IMG/VR virus record: IMGVR_UViG_3300046170_000302
Length of the DNA: 64,000 nucleotides
From: a virus
Lineage: Duplodnaviria; Caudoviricetes
Direction: 5' to 3' (one strand)
In this document: piece by piece, positions 9,537 to 20,166 of the stretch
Position numbering within the stretch: the first letter of the stretch is position 1
How the letters are laid out: each line of letters begins with the position of its first letter
Notes under the pieces: model-generated
What the model was told of the DNA's origin: nothing
The model's input: only the letters and a program-made list of their open reading frames with translations
The model's database searches: none
Translations under genes and position numbers: made by a program

Positions 9537-9901
9537 ATGACTGTAAAAGTAGTATTACTCAAATCAGGTGAAGATATCATCGCTGATGTTGAGGAAATGA
9601 TTGTAGGTGAACCAGCAAGAGTGGTTGGATACTTCTTCAACTATCCTTGTTCTGTGAAAACTCCTAGGTAATGAAGCCTGTGAAAGAACAGAAGGAATCT
9701 CCTTTCAGACTTCGTATCACACCGTGGGCACCACTCTCTAAGGATCAGAAGGTTCCTGTGGTGTCAGATTGGGTCGTTAGTATTATGGAACCCATCGATG
9801 ATCTTCTAGATATGTACACAACAAGTATTAAAGACTATGAACAAAGACAATCTAAAACTACTAGTTCTACCGACGAATCAGATTCTACTGACTCAGATTG
9901 A
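9537..9901 (+). CDS. Conserved hypothetical protein (frameshifted near 9660-9680)
   Basis: MTVKVVLLKSGEDIIADVEEM... joins ...TPWAPLSKD...WVVSIMEP. Confidence 0.7.
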
Positions 9902-10100
9902 GGAAGCTGGTGGTGATATCGGTGAACCTGATTGTAGATTGGTTGAACCCTTTGTGGTGAATGATGATGGGACTTTGGCTCCGTGGTTAGTTTCTCTTAC
10001 CAATCAGAACTCATTCATGATTCATTCTGATAAGATCTTGACTATCGTGGAACCCAATGGTACACTAGTAGATAAGTACAGCGACCTGGTGAAGGAATGA
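9837..10100 (+). CDS. Conserved hypothetical protein upstream of gp43
   Basis: IGEPDCRLVEPF...MIHSDKILTIVEP. Confidence 0.75.
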   Translation: MNKDNLKLLVLPTNQILLTQIEEAGGDIGEPDCRLVEPFVVNDDGTLAPWLVSLTNQNSFMIHSDKILTIVEPNGTLVDKYSDLVKE

Positions 10101-11560
10101 ACTTTTACGCCAATGTGATTATGGTTGGAAATGATTTCCTCGTTCGTGGTTATGAAAATGGCAAAAGAGTTCAATACAGGGAGAAGTTTCAACCCACCTT
10201 GTTTGTCAAATCAAACAGGGAGAGTGAGTGGAAGACATTGGAAGGTGAGAACGTAGAACCCATTCAACCTGGGTATGTCCGTGATTGTCGTGAGTTCTAC
10301 AAGAAGTATGATGGTGTAGATGGTTTCAAGATCTATGGGAAATGATCGATACATCTATCAATATATGTCTGAGAAGTTTCCACAAGATGAAATCAAGTGG
10401 GACATGTCTAAGATTAAACTTGTTACTATTGATATTGAGGTGAAGTCAGAAGATGGATTCCCCTCACCAGACTCTTGTTCGGAGGAGATGCTAACCATCT
10501 CTATTCAGGATTACAACACTAAGCAGATTCTTACTTGGGGACGTAAACCTTATACTCCATCACAAAAGAATGTCACATACTTCCACCACGAAGAAGAAGT
10601 GGATATGTTGAGAGCATTCATTAACTGGTGGAATGAAGATCCCCCAGAGGTTATTACTGGATGGAACTGTAGGTTGTATGATATTCCATATCTGTGTGGT
10701 CGTGTGGATAGGATAATGGGAACCAAAGAGATGAAGAGATTGTCTCCTTGGAATATCATTCAGCATGATGAGGTATACATCAATGGGAGACCACACAATG
10801 TATACAACATCGCAGGTGTAACTACACTTGACTTTATGGATCTCTACAAGAAGTTCACCTATGTGAACCGAGAATCATATCGATTAGACTTTATTGCAGA
10901 GACAGAACTGGGACAGAAGAAGTTGGACCACTCAGAGTTCAACACCTTTAAGGATTTCTATAATGGTGACTGGAAGAAGTTTGTAGACTATAACATCGTT
11001 GACGTGGAGCTGGTTGATAGGATGGAGGATAAACTTCGTCTGATTGAACTGGTGATTACTATGGCATTTGATGCTAAAGTGAAACTTCGTTGATCCTATG
11101 TTCCAGGTTAGATTGTGGGATACAATCATCTATAACTATCTAAAGAAGAGGAATATTGTAGTTCCTCAAATGGATAGAACAGACAAAGATTCAAAGTTTG
11201 CAGGTGCGTATGTTAAGGAACCGGTTCCGGGAGTCTATGATTGGGTTGTCAGTTTTGACCTTAACTCTCTCTACCCTCATCTTATCATGCAGTACAACAT
11301 CAGCCCCGAAACTCTCTTGGATGAGAAACATCCAACAGCCACAGTTAATCGAATTCTTGATGAGACGGTGAACTTTGAGATGTATAAGGACAATGCAGTT
11401 TGTGCCAATGGTGCAATGTATCGTAAGGATGTCAAAGGTTTCCTACCTGAGTTGATGGAGAAGATGTATGCTGAACGTAAGGCATTCAAAGGGTAAGATG
11501 TTGAAGAGTAAACAGAAACTAGTTGACATTGAAGCCGAGATGAAGAAGAGGGGATTGTGA
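10097..11560 (+). CDS. gp43: Family B DNA polymerase, N-terminal cistron gp43A (exonuclease + palm motif A + first fingers helix); frameshifts near 10340, 11085, 11491
   Basis: ExoI DIEV; ExoII GWNCRLYDIPY; ExoIII YNIVDVELV; motif A SFDLNSLYPHLI; corrected end FKGKMLKSKQKLVDIEAEMKKRGL*. Confidence 0.88.
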
Positions 11561-11823
11561 TAGAATTGCCAGAGATTATCAGAAAGAATTCATTTGCTTG
11601 TTTTGGTAGTTTGAATGCTACTGAGAGAGCAGTTATCTTAATGGGTGATGATGAGTATCGTAAATCACTAGACCTTGAGAATGATGATGCTCTCTGTTGG
11701 AAACTTCCAAGTAAGGAATCATCAACATTTGTTGGTTGGAATCCTCAATGTATTCCAACAATTGATTACATAGTATGGAAACTAGAACGCCTTGAAAAAA
11801 TTACTACAGGAGAAATTCACTGA
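11557..11823 (+). CDS. Hypothetical protein inside the split polymerase locus
   Basis: GTG start overlaps the gp43A stop (GTGA); stop overlaps the purM ATG. Confidence 0.75.
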   Translation: MIELPEIIRKNSFACFGSLNATERAVILMGDDEYRKSLDLENDDALCWKLPSKESSTFVGWNPQCIPTIDYIVWKLERLEKITTGEIH

Positions 11824-12745
11824 TGGACTATAAAACTTCCGGTGTCGATATTGAAAAGGGTAAAGCATTTGTAGAACATCTCAAAATTATGGCACCTAAA
11901 ATTGGTGGGTTTAATGGAATGTATCCCCTTCCAAAAGGATATGAAAGACCGGTTCTGGTATCTGGTGCTGATGGTGTCGGAACTAAGATGAATATCTGTA
12001 GAATTGCCTTTGACTACACTACAATTGGAATTGATTTAGTTGCAATGTGTGTCAACGATGTAATCTGTAGTGGTGCTAAACCATTATATTTTTTAGACTA
12101 TATCTCTACTAAAAATATAAACTCCAGTGTCAATGAGATTGTATCTGGAATTGTCAAAGGATGTGAGATTGCTGGAATGGACCTTCTGGGTGGAGAGACT
12201 GCAGAACATTTCAGAGCAATCTGACTATGATCTTGCTGGTTTCTGTACTGGTATTGTAGGAGAAATATGAGATTGTTAATGGTAGTAGCATCCGAGCTGG
12301 TGATGTAGTCATCGGTATTGAGAGTAGTGGTCTTCATAGTAATGGATACACTCTTATCAATGATATGTTGTGGAGGAATAAAATCCTCTATAAGGATATG
12401 CCAGAGTTGTTAACACCAACCACAATCTACTCTCCTGTAATCCAAAAACTATTGGATGAAGTTCCTATTCTAGGTATGGCACATATCACAGGTGGTGGTA
12501 TCCCAGAGAACCTTCCTAGGTGTCTCCCCAAAGACAAAGGACTGAGTGTGAATGTTGATTACAATTCTTGGGAAAGACCAGAACTCTTTGATAAGATACA
12601 GAAAGCTGGTGACATCACTGAAGAGGAGATGAGGAACGTATTCAATCTTGGTATCGGGTTCTGTTTGATTGTCCCACCTGATGTGGTAGAATACACTCAA
12701 GCACTTATAGGTATGAAGTCCTGGGTCATCGGAGTAGTGGAATGA
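11823..12745 (+). CDS. purM: AIR synthetase (frameshifts near 12222 and 12262)
   Basis: MDYKTSGVDIE; DGVGTK; DLVAMCVND; GAKPLYFLDY; GGETAE; SSGLHSNGY; AHITGGG; FNLGIG. Confidence 0.93.
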
Positions 12746-13025
12746 AGTTCAAAGCATTAGTATTCATTCGTCTGAGATCACAGGTTGATGACTCACCAGG
12801 TAATGCTGTGAGAGACGCCTGTAAACGATTATCTGAGTTGGATATCAAGAAACTTAGACTTGGGTAAGGTGGTTGATGTTTGGTTGGAAGCAGAGAGCTA
12901 GAGAGTATGCTGAGAAGGAACTTGAAATGCTGTCGGATAGATTTCCTTGCTAATAAAGGTTATGGAAGACTGGGATTATGAACTTGACTGAGATTGAAAA
13001 CTTTCCTAAAGGTATTGAGGAATAA
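12742..13025 (+). CDS. purS: FGAM synthetase small subunit PurS (several indels)
   Basis: Hand-read MKFKALVFIRLRSQVDDSPGNAVRDACKRL...LRLGKVVDVWLEA...DRFLAN..MED; not in the ORF track because of indels. Confidence 0.75.
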
Positions 13026-14187
13026 TGGGATATCTAATCGGTGGTGCTGGTGAAGGTGTAGAAGAGGAGATCGTACAATCTGGTAAAGACTATTCTAAAC
13101 TGTCTGATCGAGAACTCCTAAGTCTCAGGGATCAGACAGTAAAAGATGTTGCTAAGTTCAACAACTTTCAGATGGTGAGAAAGATTTGTTTGAACTCAGC
13201 TTATGGTGCGGTTGGTAACCAATACTTCAGATACTTCAAACTTGCAAATGCAGAAGCTATCACTCTGTCAGGTCAAACATCTATCAGGTGGATTGAGGAT
13301 AGGTTGAATAAGTATTTGAATGAACTCCTAAAGACTGATAATGATTATGTTATTGCCGTTGATACTGATTCTGTATACCTTAACCTTGGTCCTCTTGTTG
13401 ATAAGTTCCTAGCAAAACAGAAGGATGATAAGGAGAAGGTGGTGAACCTTTTGGATAAGGTTTGTCAAGACAAGTTAGAACCTTTTATCGACGACTGTTA
13501 TGTGAAACTGGCTGACTATGTGAATGCATACGATCAGAAGATGCAGATGAAGACGTGAGAATATTGCTGATCGTGGTATCTGGACTGCCTAAGAAACGAT
13601 ACATCCTCAATGTGTGGGATAGTGAGGGTGTTCGTTATGAAGAACCCAAACTCAAGATCATGGGTATTGAGGCTGTCAAATCATCTACACCTGCTCCCTG
13701 TAGGAAGATGATTAAGGATGGTCTTCGAGTGATGATGGAAGGAACTGAAGATGAGATGATTAAGTTCATCGATCAAGCTAGACTTGAGTTCAACAAACTA
13801 TCAGTAGCTGAGTTGTCATTTCCCCGTTCTATTTCTGATGTAAATAAACATAAGAGCCACACAACCATCTATGGAAAGGGTTGTCCTATCCATGTGAGAG
13901 GTTCACTACTCCATAACCACTACATCAAAGAGAGAGGTTTGGATAACAAGTATTCTCTTATCAATAATGGTGATAAGATTAAGTTTGTTTATCTTAAGAA
14001 AGCCAATCCTATTCGTGAGAATGTGATTTCATTCTTGAATGATTTTCCGTATGAACTCGGACTTGATAAGTATATTGATTATGAGTTACAATTCAACAAA
14101 GCCTTCCTTGAACCTGTAAAGGTCATTCTTGATTCCATTGGATGGAATGTTGAGAAAGTTGCAAACCTAGAGTTATTTTTTAGTTAA
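13025..14187 (+). CDS. gp43: Family B DNA polymerase, C-terminal cistron gp43B (second fingers helix, motifs B and C, thumb); frameshifts near 13553 and 13588
   Basis: Motif B KICLNSAYG; motif C DTDSVY; KKRYILNVWDSEG...KIMGIEAVKSSTP; clamp-binding tail LELFFS. Confidence 0.9.
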
Positions 14188-15197
14188 TGGATTTCCTTAA
14201 AGAGATTGTAAAAGAGATTGGAGATGAGTACACCCAACTGGCAGCCGACATCGACGAAACCGAAACTTACGTGGACACGGGTTCGTACATCTTTAACGGA
14301 CTTTGTTCAGGTAGTATATTTGGTGGCGTATCTGGGAATAAGATTACTGCCATTGCTGGGGAGTCTTCTACTGGAAAGACTTTCTTTAGCCTGGCAGTCG
14401 TCAAGAATTTCCTTGATTCTAACCCTGGTGGTTATTGTCTATATTTTGACACTGAAGCCGCTGTTAACAAGTCTCTTCTCACAAGTAGGGGGATTGACCT
14501 AGACCGTTTCGTTGTAGTCAATGTAGTTACTGTCGAACAGTTTAGACAGAAGGCACTACAAGCTGTTGATATCTACCTCAAAACACCAGAGGAAGATAGG
14601 AAACCTTGTATGTTTGTATTAGACTCTCTGGGTATGTTATCTACAGAGAAAGAGATTCGTGATGCTCTTGATGACAAACAGGTTCGGGACATGACCAAAT
14701 CACAGTTGGTCAAAGGAGCCTTTAGAATGTTAACCCTGAAGTTGGGACAGGCTAAAATCCCAATGATTGTTACTAACCACACCTACGATGTTATCGGATC
14801 TTATGTCCCGACTAAGGAAATGGGAGGCGGCAGTGGCCTCAAGTATGCCGCCTCTACGATCATTTATCTCACAAAGAAAAAGGAAAAGGATGGAACGGCT
14901 GTTATCGGAAACCTTATCAAAGCTAAAACAGCAAAGTCAAGACTTAGTAAAGAAAATAAAGACGTAACAGTTCGTCTCTACTATGATGAGAGAGGTTTGG
15001 ACAAATACTATGGTCTTCTAGAGTTAGGAGAAGCTGGTGGTATGTGGAAGAATGTGGCTGGTCGTTATGAGATGGATGGTAAAAAAATATATGCAAAAGA
15101 GATTCTTAAGAATCCAGATAAGTATTTTACACAGGAAGTTTTAGAACAGTTAGATGAAATCGCGAAAGAACAATTCTCCTATGGTTCAAGTATTTGA
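14187..15197 (+). CDS. uvsX: RecA-like recombinase UvsX
   Basis: AGESSTGKT; FDTEAA; VLDSLG; GGGSGLKYAAS. Confidence 0.95.
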   Translation: MDFLKEIVKEIGDEYTQLAADIDETETYVDTGSYIFNGLCSGSIFGGVSGNKITAIAGESSTGKTFFSLAVVKNFLDSNPGGYCLYFDTEAAVNKSLLTSRGIDLDRFVVVNVVTVEQFRQKALQAVDIYLKTPEEDRKPCMFVLDSLGMLSTEKEIRDALDDKQVRDMTKSQLVKGAFRMLTLKLGQAKIPMIVTNHTYDVIGSYVPTKEMGGGSGLKYAASTIIYLTKKKEKDGTAVIGNLIKAKTAKSRLSKENKDVTVRLYYDERGLDKYYGLLELGEAGGMWKNVAGRYEMDGKKIYAKEILKNPDKYFTQEVLEQLDEIAKEQFSYGSSI

Positions 15198-15699
15198 CCA
15201 TGTTCTCCCTGAGGACTTGTGTCACAATCTCATAGATCTATTTGAAGATTCTGAGAAGAACCACGAATACTTTAATGATGATTACAAACCCTGTTTTACA
15301 CAACTGAACCTCAATCAACACAACCCAGAACTGGTAAAGGTTCTGGTTGGATTTGTTCAGAAAGCATACGGAATGTATTCAGTTGAGGTTAGAAGAAAAC
15401 ATCTACCAAGATTGAAATCTCTTGAGCAGTTTAGACTCAAGAGATATCTTCCTGGTGGAGAAGAACGATTTGATGAACATGTGGATGTGGGTGACCACGA
15501 ATCTGCAAGGAGATGTCTTGCCTTCTTATTTTATCTAAACGGTAGTGACGGAGAAACATACTTTCCTGAACATGACGTGACAATCCACCCAAAGTGTGGT
15601 AAAGTATTAGTGTTCCCTCCAACATGGGAATACCCACACGCTGGGTTGCCACCAACAAATACAAAGTATATTTTGAGTACATACATTCATTATGAATAA
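15181..15699 (+). CDS. 2OG-Fe(II) oxygenase (prolyl-4-hydroxylase-like)
   Basis: FDEHVD; LAFLFYLN; GKVLVFPPTWEYPHAG; KYILSTY. Confidence 0.85.
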   Translation: MVQVFDHVLPEDLCHNLIDLFEDSEKNHEYFNDDYKPCFTQLNLNQHNPELVKVLVGFVQKAYGMYSVEVRRKHLPRLKSLEQFRLKRYLPGGEERFDEHVDVGDHESARRCLAFLFYLNGSDGETYFPEHDVTIHPKCGKVLVFPPTWEYPHAGLPPTNTKYILSTYIHYE

Positions 15700-17065
15700 G
15701 GTTGAGTTTCTAATCCTAAGAAGTCTTCTTCACAATGAAGAATATTTGCGTAAGGCTTTACCATTCCTCAAAGATGAATACTTTGAGGACGAGGATCAGA
15801 AAGTTGTATACCAAGAGATTCTCAGTTTTACAACTGAGTATAATGAACTTCCTACAAAAGAGGTTCTTTCTATTGAGGTTGAGAAACGAAAGGATATCAA
15901 TGAGGATCAGTTCAAGAAAATTGCTCATCTGATTTCACATCTAGATGATGAACCAGCAGAGTTTGATTGGTTGTTAAACACTACTGAAAAGTGGTGTCGT
16001 GAACGTGCTATCTACTTGGCACTGGTTGAGTCTATTGGTATCGCAGATGGTCAGAGTAAAGATAAGACTCCAGATGCAATTCCTTCTATCTTATCTGATG
16101 CTCTAGCTGTTAGTTTTGATAATCATGTTGGACACGATTACCTAGAAGATTATCTAGAACGATATGAAGCCTATAACAGAAAGGAGAATAGGATACCATT
16201 TGATCTAGAATACTTTAACAAGATTACAAAGGGTGGTCTTCCTAACAAGACACTGAATATTGCTCTGGCTGGCACAGGTGTTGGTAAGTCTTTGTTTATG
16301 TGTCATATGGCTGCCTCTGTTCTTCTTCAGAACAAGAATGTTTTATACATTACTATGGAGATGGCTGAAGAGAAGATCGCAGAACGTATTGACGCTAACC
16401 TTTTGAATGTGAATATCCAAGAGGTGGCAGAACTTCCTAAACAGATGTTTGAAACCAAGGTAAATAACCTAGCAAAGAAGACTCAGGGAACCCTGATCAT
16501 CAAAGAATATCCCACAGCATCGGCACACAGTGGACACTTTACATCCCTTCTTAATGAGCTTGCACTTAAGAAGTCATTTAGACCTGATATTATTTTCATT
16601 GATTACCTTAATATTTGTGCTTCCAGCAGGTATCGCGGAGGCAGCAATGTCAATTCATATACGGTTATTAAGTCTATTGCTGAAGAGCTTAGAGGACTCG
16701 CTGTCGAAGCGAACGTACCTATCGTATCTGCCACCCAGACCACTCGTTCTGGTTATGGTAGCAGTGACGTTGAGCTTACTGATACTAGTGAGTCCTTTGG
16801 TCTCCCTGCTACTGCTGATCTTATGTTTGCCCTTATTTCAACTGAAGAACTCGAATCCTTGGGACAGATACTGGTGAAGCAGTTGAAGAACAGATACAAT
16901 GACGCTAATGTGTATAAGAGATTTGTGATTGGTATTGACAGAGCCAAGATGAGGTTGTATGATTGTGAGCAGTCAGCTCAGGACGATCTCCTTGAAAGTA
17001 AAACCGAAGAGGAGTATAATTATGAGGACAAACCTAAGAAATCATTTGAGGGATTTAAGTTTTGA
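15692..17065 (+). CDS. gp41: Replicative helicase gp41
   Basis: AGTGVGKS; ITMEM; IFIDYLN; TQTTRSG; SESFGLPATAD. Confidence 0.96.
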   Translation: MNKVEFLILRSLLHNEEYLRKALPFLKDEYFEDEDQKVVYQEILSFTTEYNELPTKEVLSIEVEKRKDINEDQFKKIAHLISHLDDEPAEFDWLLNTTEKWCRERAIYLALVESIGIADGQSKDKTPDAIPSILSDALAVSFDNHVGHDYLEDYLERYEAYNRKENRIPFDLEYFNKITKGGLPNKTLNIALAGTGVGKSLFMCHMAASVLLQNKNVLYITMEMAEEKIAERIDANLLNVNIQEVAELPKQMFETKVNNLAKKTQGTLIIKEYPTASAHSGHFTSLLNELALKKSFRPDIIFIDYLNICASSRYRGGSNVNSYTVIKSIAEELRGLAVEANVPIVSATQTTRSGYGSSDVELTDTSESFGLPATADLMFALISTEELESLGQILVKQLKNRYNDANVYKRFVIGIDRAKMRLYDCEQSAQDDLLESKTEEEYNYEDKPKKSFEGFKF

Positions 17066-17418
17066 ACGGTTACTATTCAGTGTTTAATCCCAGAGGTGAA
17101 AAGATTGCCGATTGTGGTAGTCAAAGAGATGCCGTTAATCTTATTGGTATGAGGAATGCACGATGGGACGGACATTACTATATGTTCAATCCCCTCCCTG
17201 GTGATATAATTGATGTTAGTTCTGACAAACAACTTCCTACCCGAGACATCGTAGTTAATATGGATGGTGGAGTAGGTGGTTCTTGGAAAGAAGTTTCCGA
17301 GGAAGAATATGTTCACATCAATGACGATCCTCATGATGGATGGTGGTTGAGACCCGAACATCAAGACTGGAATCTCCCTGAACTCCCTGAAAATCAACAA
17401 CAACCTTTAGACTTATGA
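17062..17418 (+). CDS. Hypothetical protein
   Basis: ORF coupled to both neighbours. Confidence 0.7.
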   Translation: MNGYYSVFNPRGEKIADCGSQRDAVNLIGMRNARWDGHYYMFNPLPGDIIDVSSDKQLPTRDIVVNMDGGVGGSWKEVSEEEYVHINDDPHDGWWLRPEHQDWNLPELPENQQQPLDL

Positions 17419-17819
17419 CTGTAGACACACAACGATACCTTGAATTTGTAGATGGCGTTACCTCGGAACAAAGTAAAGATTACGAAGCTTTTGTATATCG
17501 TATCCAAGAACTTGAAGGACAGGAATTTCCTACCGAGCGATTGCTTACTGCTGCTGTAGGTATGTCAGCAGAGGCAGGTGAGTTTACTGAGATTGTCAAG
17601 AAGATTGTATTCCAAGGTAAACCTGTCAATGAAGAGAACTTGTTTCATATGAAACGAGAACTTGGTGATATTATGTGGTATGTGGCTCAAGCCTGTATGG
17701 GGTTAAATACCTCGATCGATGAGATCATTGAGATGAATGTAGAGAAACTTGAGAAACGATACCCTGGTGGATCGTTTGATGTTCACTACTCTGAAAACCG
17801 TAAACAAGGAGACCTCTGA
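17415..17819 (+). CDS. mazG: MazG-like NTP pyrophosphohydrolase
   Basis: EAGEFTEIVKK; ELGDIMWYVAQ; NVEKLEKRYP. Confidence 0.93.
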   Translation: MTVDTQRYLEFVDGVTSEQSKDYEAFVYRIQELEGQEFPTERLLTAAVGMSAEAGEFTEIVKKIVFQGKPVNEENLFHMKRELGDIMWYVAQACMGLNTSIDEIIEMNVEKLEKRYPGGSFDVHYSENRKQGDL

Positions 17820-17938
17820 TGGATGGTGCAGTTCATGCATGGAATACCATGAGTTATGGAGAAGGATTTCTCTTCTCCGTTTGGTTACTGGGAATGTATT
17901 TTATTAAACTAAAAATGGATCAGAGGTTTGGGCGATGA
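17819..17938 (+). CDS. Small membrane protein (39 aa)
   Basis: MDGAVHAWNTMSYGEGFLFSVWLLGMYFIK...; overlapping start and stop codons. Confidence 0.6.
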   Translation: MDGAVHAWNTMSYGEGFLFSVWLLGMYFIKLKMDQRFGR

Positions 17939-18096
17939 ATCTTGAAATGAGTAGACGTGATGCAATTGTTCTACGTCATCATCTTTTCTTGTATACAAAA
18001 GACCATCCTGGTTTCTTCTCTGATGAAGGTATTCTAAAGATCAGAGAGATTTCACAACAACTAGATAAACAAATTGGTAAGGAGGAAAACCTATGA
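17935..18096 (+). CDS. Hypothetical protein (53 aa)
   Basis: MNLEMSRRDAIVLRHHLF...; ATGA coupling. Confidence 0.55.
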   Translation: MNLEMSRRDAIVLRHHLFLYTKDHPGFFSDEGILKIREISQQLDKQIGKEENL

Positions 18097-18311
18097 TTAA
18101 AATTGAAATGGATGTTAGAGCTGCAGCCGCAGTGAGAGCATCACTTTTTCGTGATACAAAAGATTATACATATGATCCAACCTGTTGTCCTCAACGAGTT
18201 GTTGATCTTCGTAACGTAATTTTAGATTTGGACACACAAATCGAAACAGAGATCCAAAAAGTAATTGAAGCACAAACTGAGGAGGAATCAAATGAAACTA
18301 CTGACGCTTGA
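18093..18311 (+). CDS. Hypothetical protein
   Basis: ORF track; SD AAGGAGG upstream. Confidence 0.7.
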   Translation: MIKIEMDVRAAAAVRASLFRDTKDYTYDPTCCPQRVVDLRNVILDLDTQIETEIQKVIEAQTEEESNETTDA

Positions 18312-18513
18312 AGATTATCAAAAGGCTGGAGAAGAGTTTTGGCCTAAGTATTGGTATGTCTCTAAAGAACTTGGAGAGGGAGCTAAGGTTGAGGACATTC
18401 TAAAAGTTATGGAATCTCTTGGTGCTGTTGCTTTAAAAATTAAAGTAGAAGACAAACTCTCTGGACCATTTGGATTTAACAAAAAGAAAGATGACGAATC
18501 AACGGAAGAATGA
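18292..18513 (+). CDS. Hypothetical protein
   Basis: MKLLTLEDYQKAGEEFWPKYWYV; SD GAGGAGG. Confidence 0.75.
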   Translation: MKLLTLEDYQKAGEEFWPKYWYVSKELGEGAKVEDILKVMESLGAVALKIKVEDKLSGPFGFNKKKDDESTEE

Positions 18514-18721
18514 AACCCTGGTTGATGAAGCGTTCTATGTCTGGGAAACTAGATATGGACTGTGGTCAACAGAAACAAAAGAAGGTCGTGGTATGATGAC
18601 TGGAGCTACTAGAGATGCTGTTGTTGTAATGACACGGTGGCATCTCAAGTGTGAACAAGATGGAACTCTTGAACAATACACAAGAGTTGTAGGTAGTTCT
18701 GTGGTTGATGGGAAGTTGTAA
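18491..18721 (+). CDS. Hypothetical protein
   Basis: FYVWETRYGLWST...TRWHLKCEQDG. Confidence 0.65.
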   Translation: MTNQRKNETLVDEAFYVWETRYGLWSTETKEGRGMMTGATRDAVVVMTRWHLKCEQDGTLEQYTRVVGSSVVDGKL

Positions 18722-18921
18722 TGGACCAAATATTCAGACTGTTGTCTATGTTTGTTATGTTGTTCAATATCTGTAATCAGAGTGACTTCAATAGACAACA
18801 GTGTATGAAAGACTGGGATGTGTGGTTGTATCCTGAACTTATAAGTGGTTGGAATCTATACACAGAAAAAGAAAAACCCTATCAAAGAGAGAAGGAAATA
18901 TTAGAAGACATAAATAACTAA
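18721..18921 (+). CDS. Hypothetical protein
   Basis: ORF track; hydrophobic N-terminus. Confidence 0.55.
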   Translation: MDQIFRLLSMFVMLFNICNQSDFNRQQCMKDWDVWLYPELISGWNLYTEKEKPYQREKEILEDINN

Positions 18922-18943
18922 TAATAGATTTGTTGCTAGAACC

Positions 18944-20163
18944 ATGCAAGATATGAGAGATCTGTATAAGGCATATTCTGCCGTACATGATACTACTATT
19001 AAGGAAGAACTAGATAACTCGAAAGATCAGATTTCTGTAATGAACTTGGGTCAGCTGACCGAAGATGATTTGCTTGAAGTTTGTGAGGAGATTGTAGAAG
19101 GTTTGTTCCAGTATGGTTGTGTTCTAAACACTGTACATGAAGTTGTTGGTTCTGTTATGGAATCGACTGTAGAAGGTGAACTTCCTGCACATAGACAAGA
19201 GAAGATTGTTCGTATCTCTGAAGCATTTGATAAGACATTTGAAAAGGTAGCTAGTAGAGCTGAGAGAAACTGTGAAGAAGAGTTCCTCAAGTATCGCACT
19301 AATAAGCCTCTGAATGAGAAGTGGCAAAATAAGTTGAATAATGAAGTTGGTAATGAGAAACTTCATGCAGCTTTGATTCACGAAGATAGAGAAACCATCA
19401 AGGGTGGTTTGATTGAGATGATCTCCAAGGTCATTGAAGAAAAGAAAGATTCTTCTTATCTTGAGACAGATATGAAGAAGAGAGAGAAGAATAACGAGAA
19501 GGCTCGTAAGGACATGGAGAAGATGGGTTCTATGAAGAATCCAGCCTTTGAAGAAGTATCAACTCTGAGAAAGGGTTGGGGTGATGCATATGCTGCCATC
19601 TACGAGAAGAAACTTGATCCCGTAGGTCAGGAAGATGGTGATATCGATAACGATGGTGATAAGGATTCTTCTGATAAGTATCTTGCCAAGAGACGTAAGG
19701 CTATTGCTAAGTCCATGAAGGAAGGTAAGATGTCTGATGAAGACATCAAGAAGCGTGTTGGTTACACTTCTGATGAAACTCGCCAGAAGAGACTTGATAA
19801 AATCAAAGTCAAGTTTATGAAGAAAGAAGAGACTGAAGTACAAGAAGGTATCCGTGATCTTGATCAAGAAAAGGGAACCAAGGAAAGAAAAGCAAGTCTC
19901 GAAAAGAAACGTGGTATGAAACTTGATGATCATCCCCAGTATAAGAAAGAAAAAGTCGAAGGTTATATGCCTATGACACCTGAGAGAACTGCTCGTGTTG
20001 ACAAATCAAAAGCAAAGGCAGGTAAAAAGTCTGGTAAGATTGTCAAGGCACTGAACAAAGATGCTGAGATAACAACAGAAACGACGTGAAGAATGAGGGA
20101 GTGACTTTCTCAGAAACTGAACTGAAGAAGTTTGAAGAGATTGCAAAATCCTGGGAAGATTGA
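18944..20163 (+). CDS. Large charged protein, probable prohead core/internal head protein (frameshift near 20070)
   Basis: Many I/L-x-E sites; DxDxDG-type loop KLDPVGQEDGDIDNDGDKDSSDKYL; corrected end VTFSETELKKFEEIAKSWED*. Confidence 0.65.
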
Positions 20164-20166
20164 TCG

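Noticed and set aside
11490-13100. Group I intron or split intein in gp43
   Set aside because: The insert is filled with coupled metabolic ORFs; no intron core or homing endonuclease is visible; there are no intein N-terminal C/S or C-terminal HN residues at the junctions.
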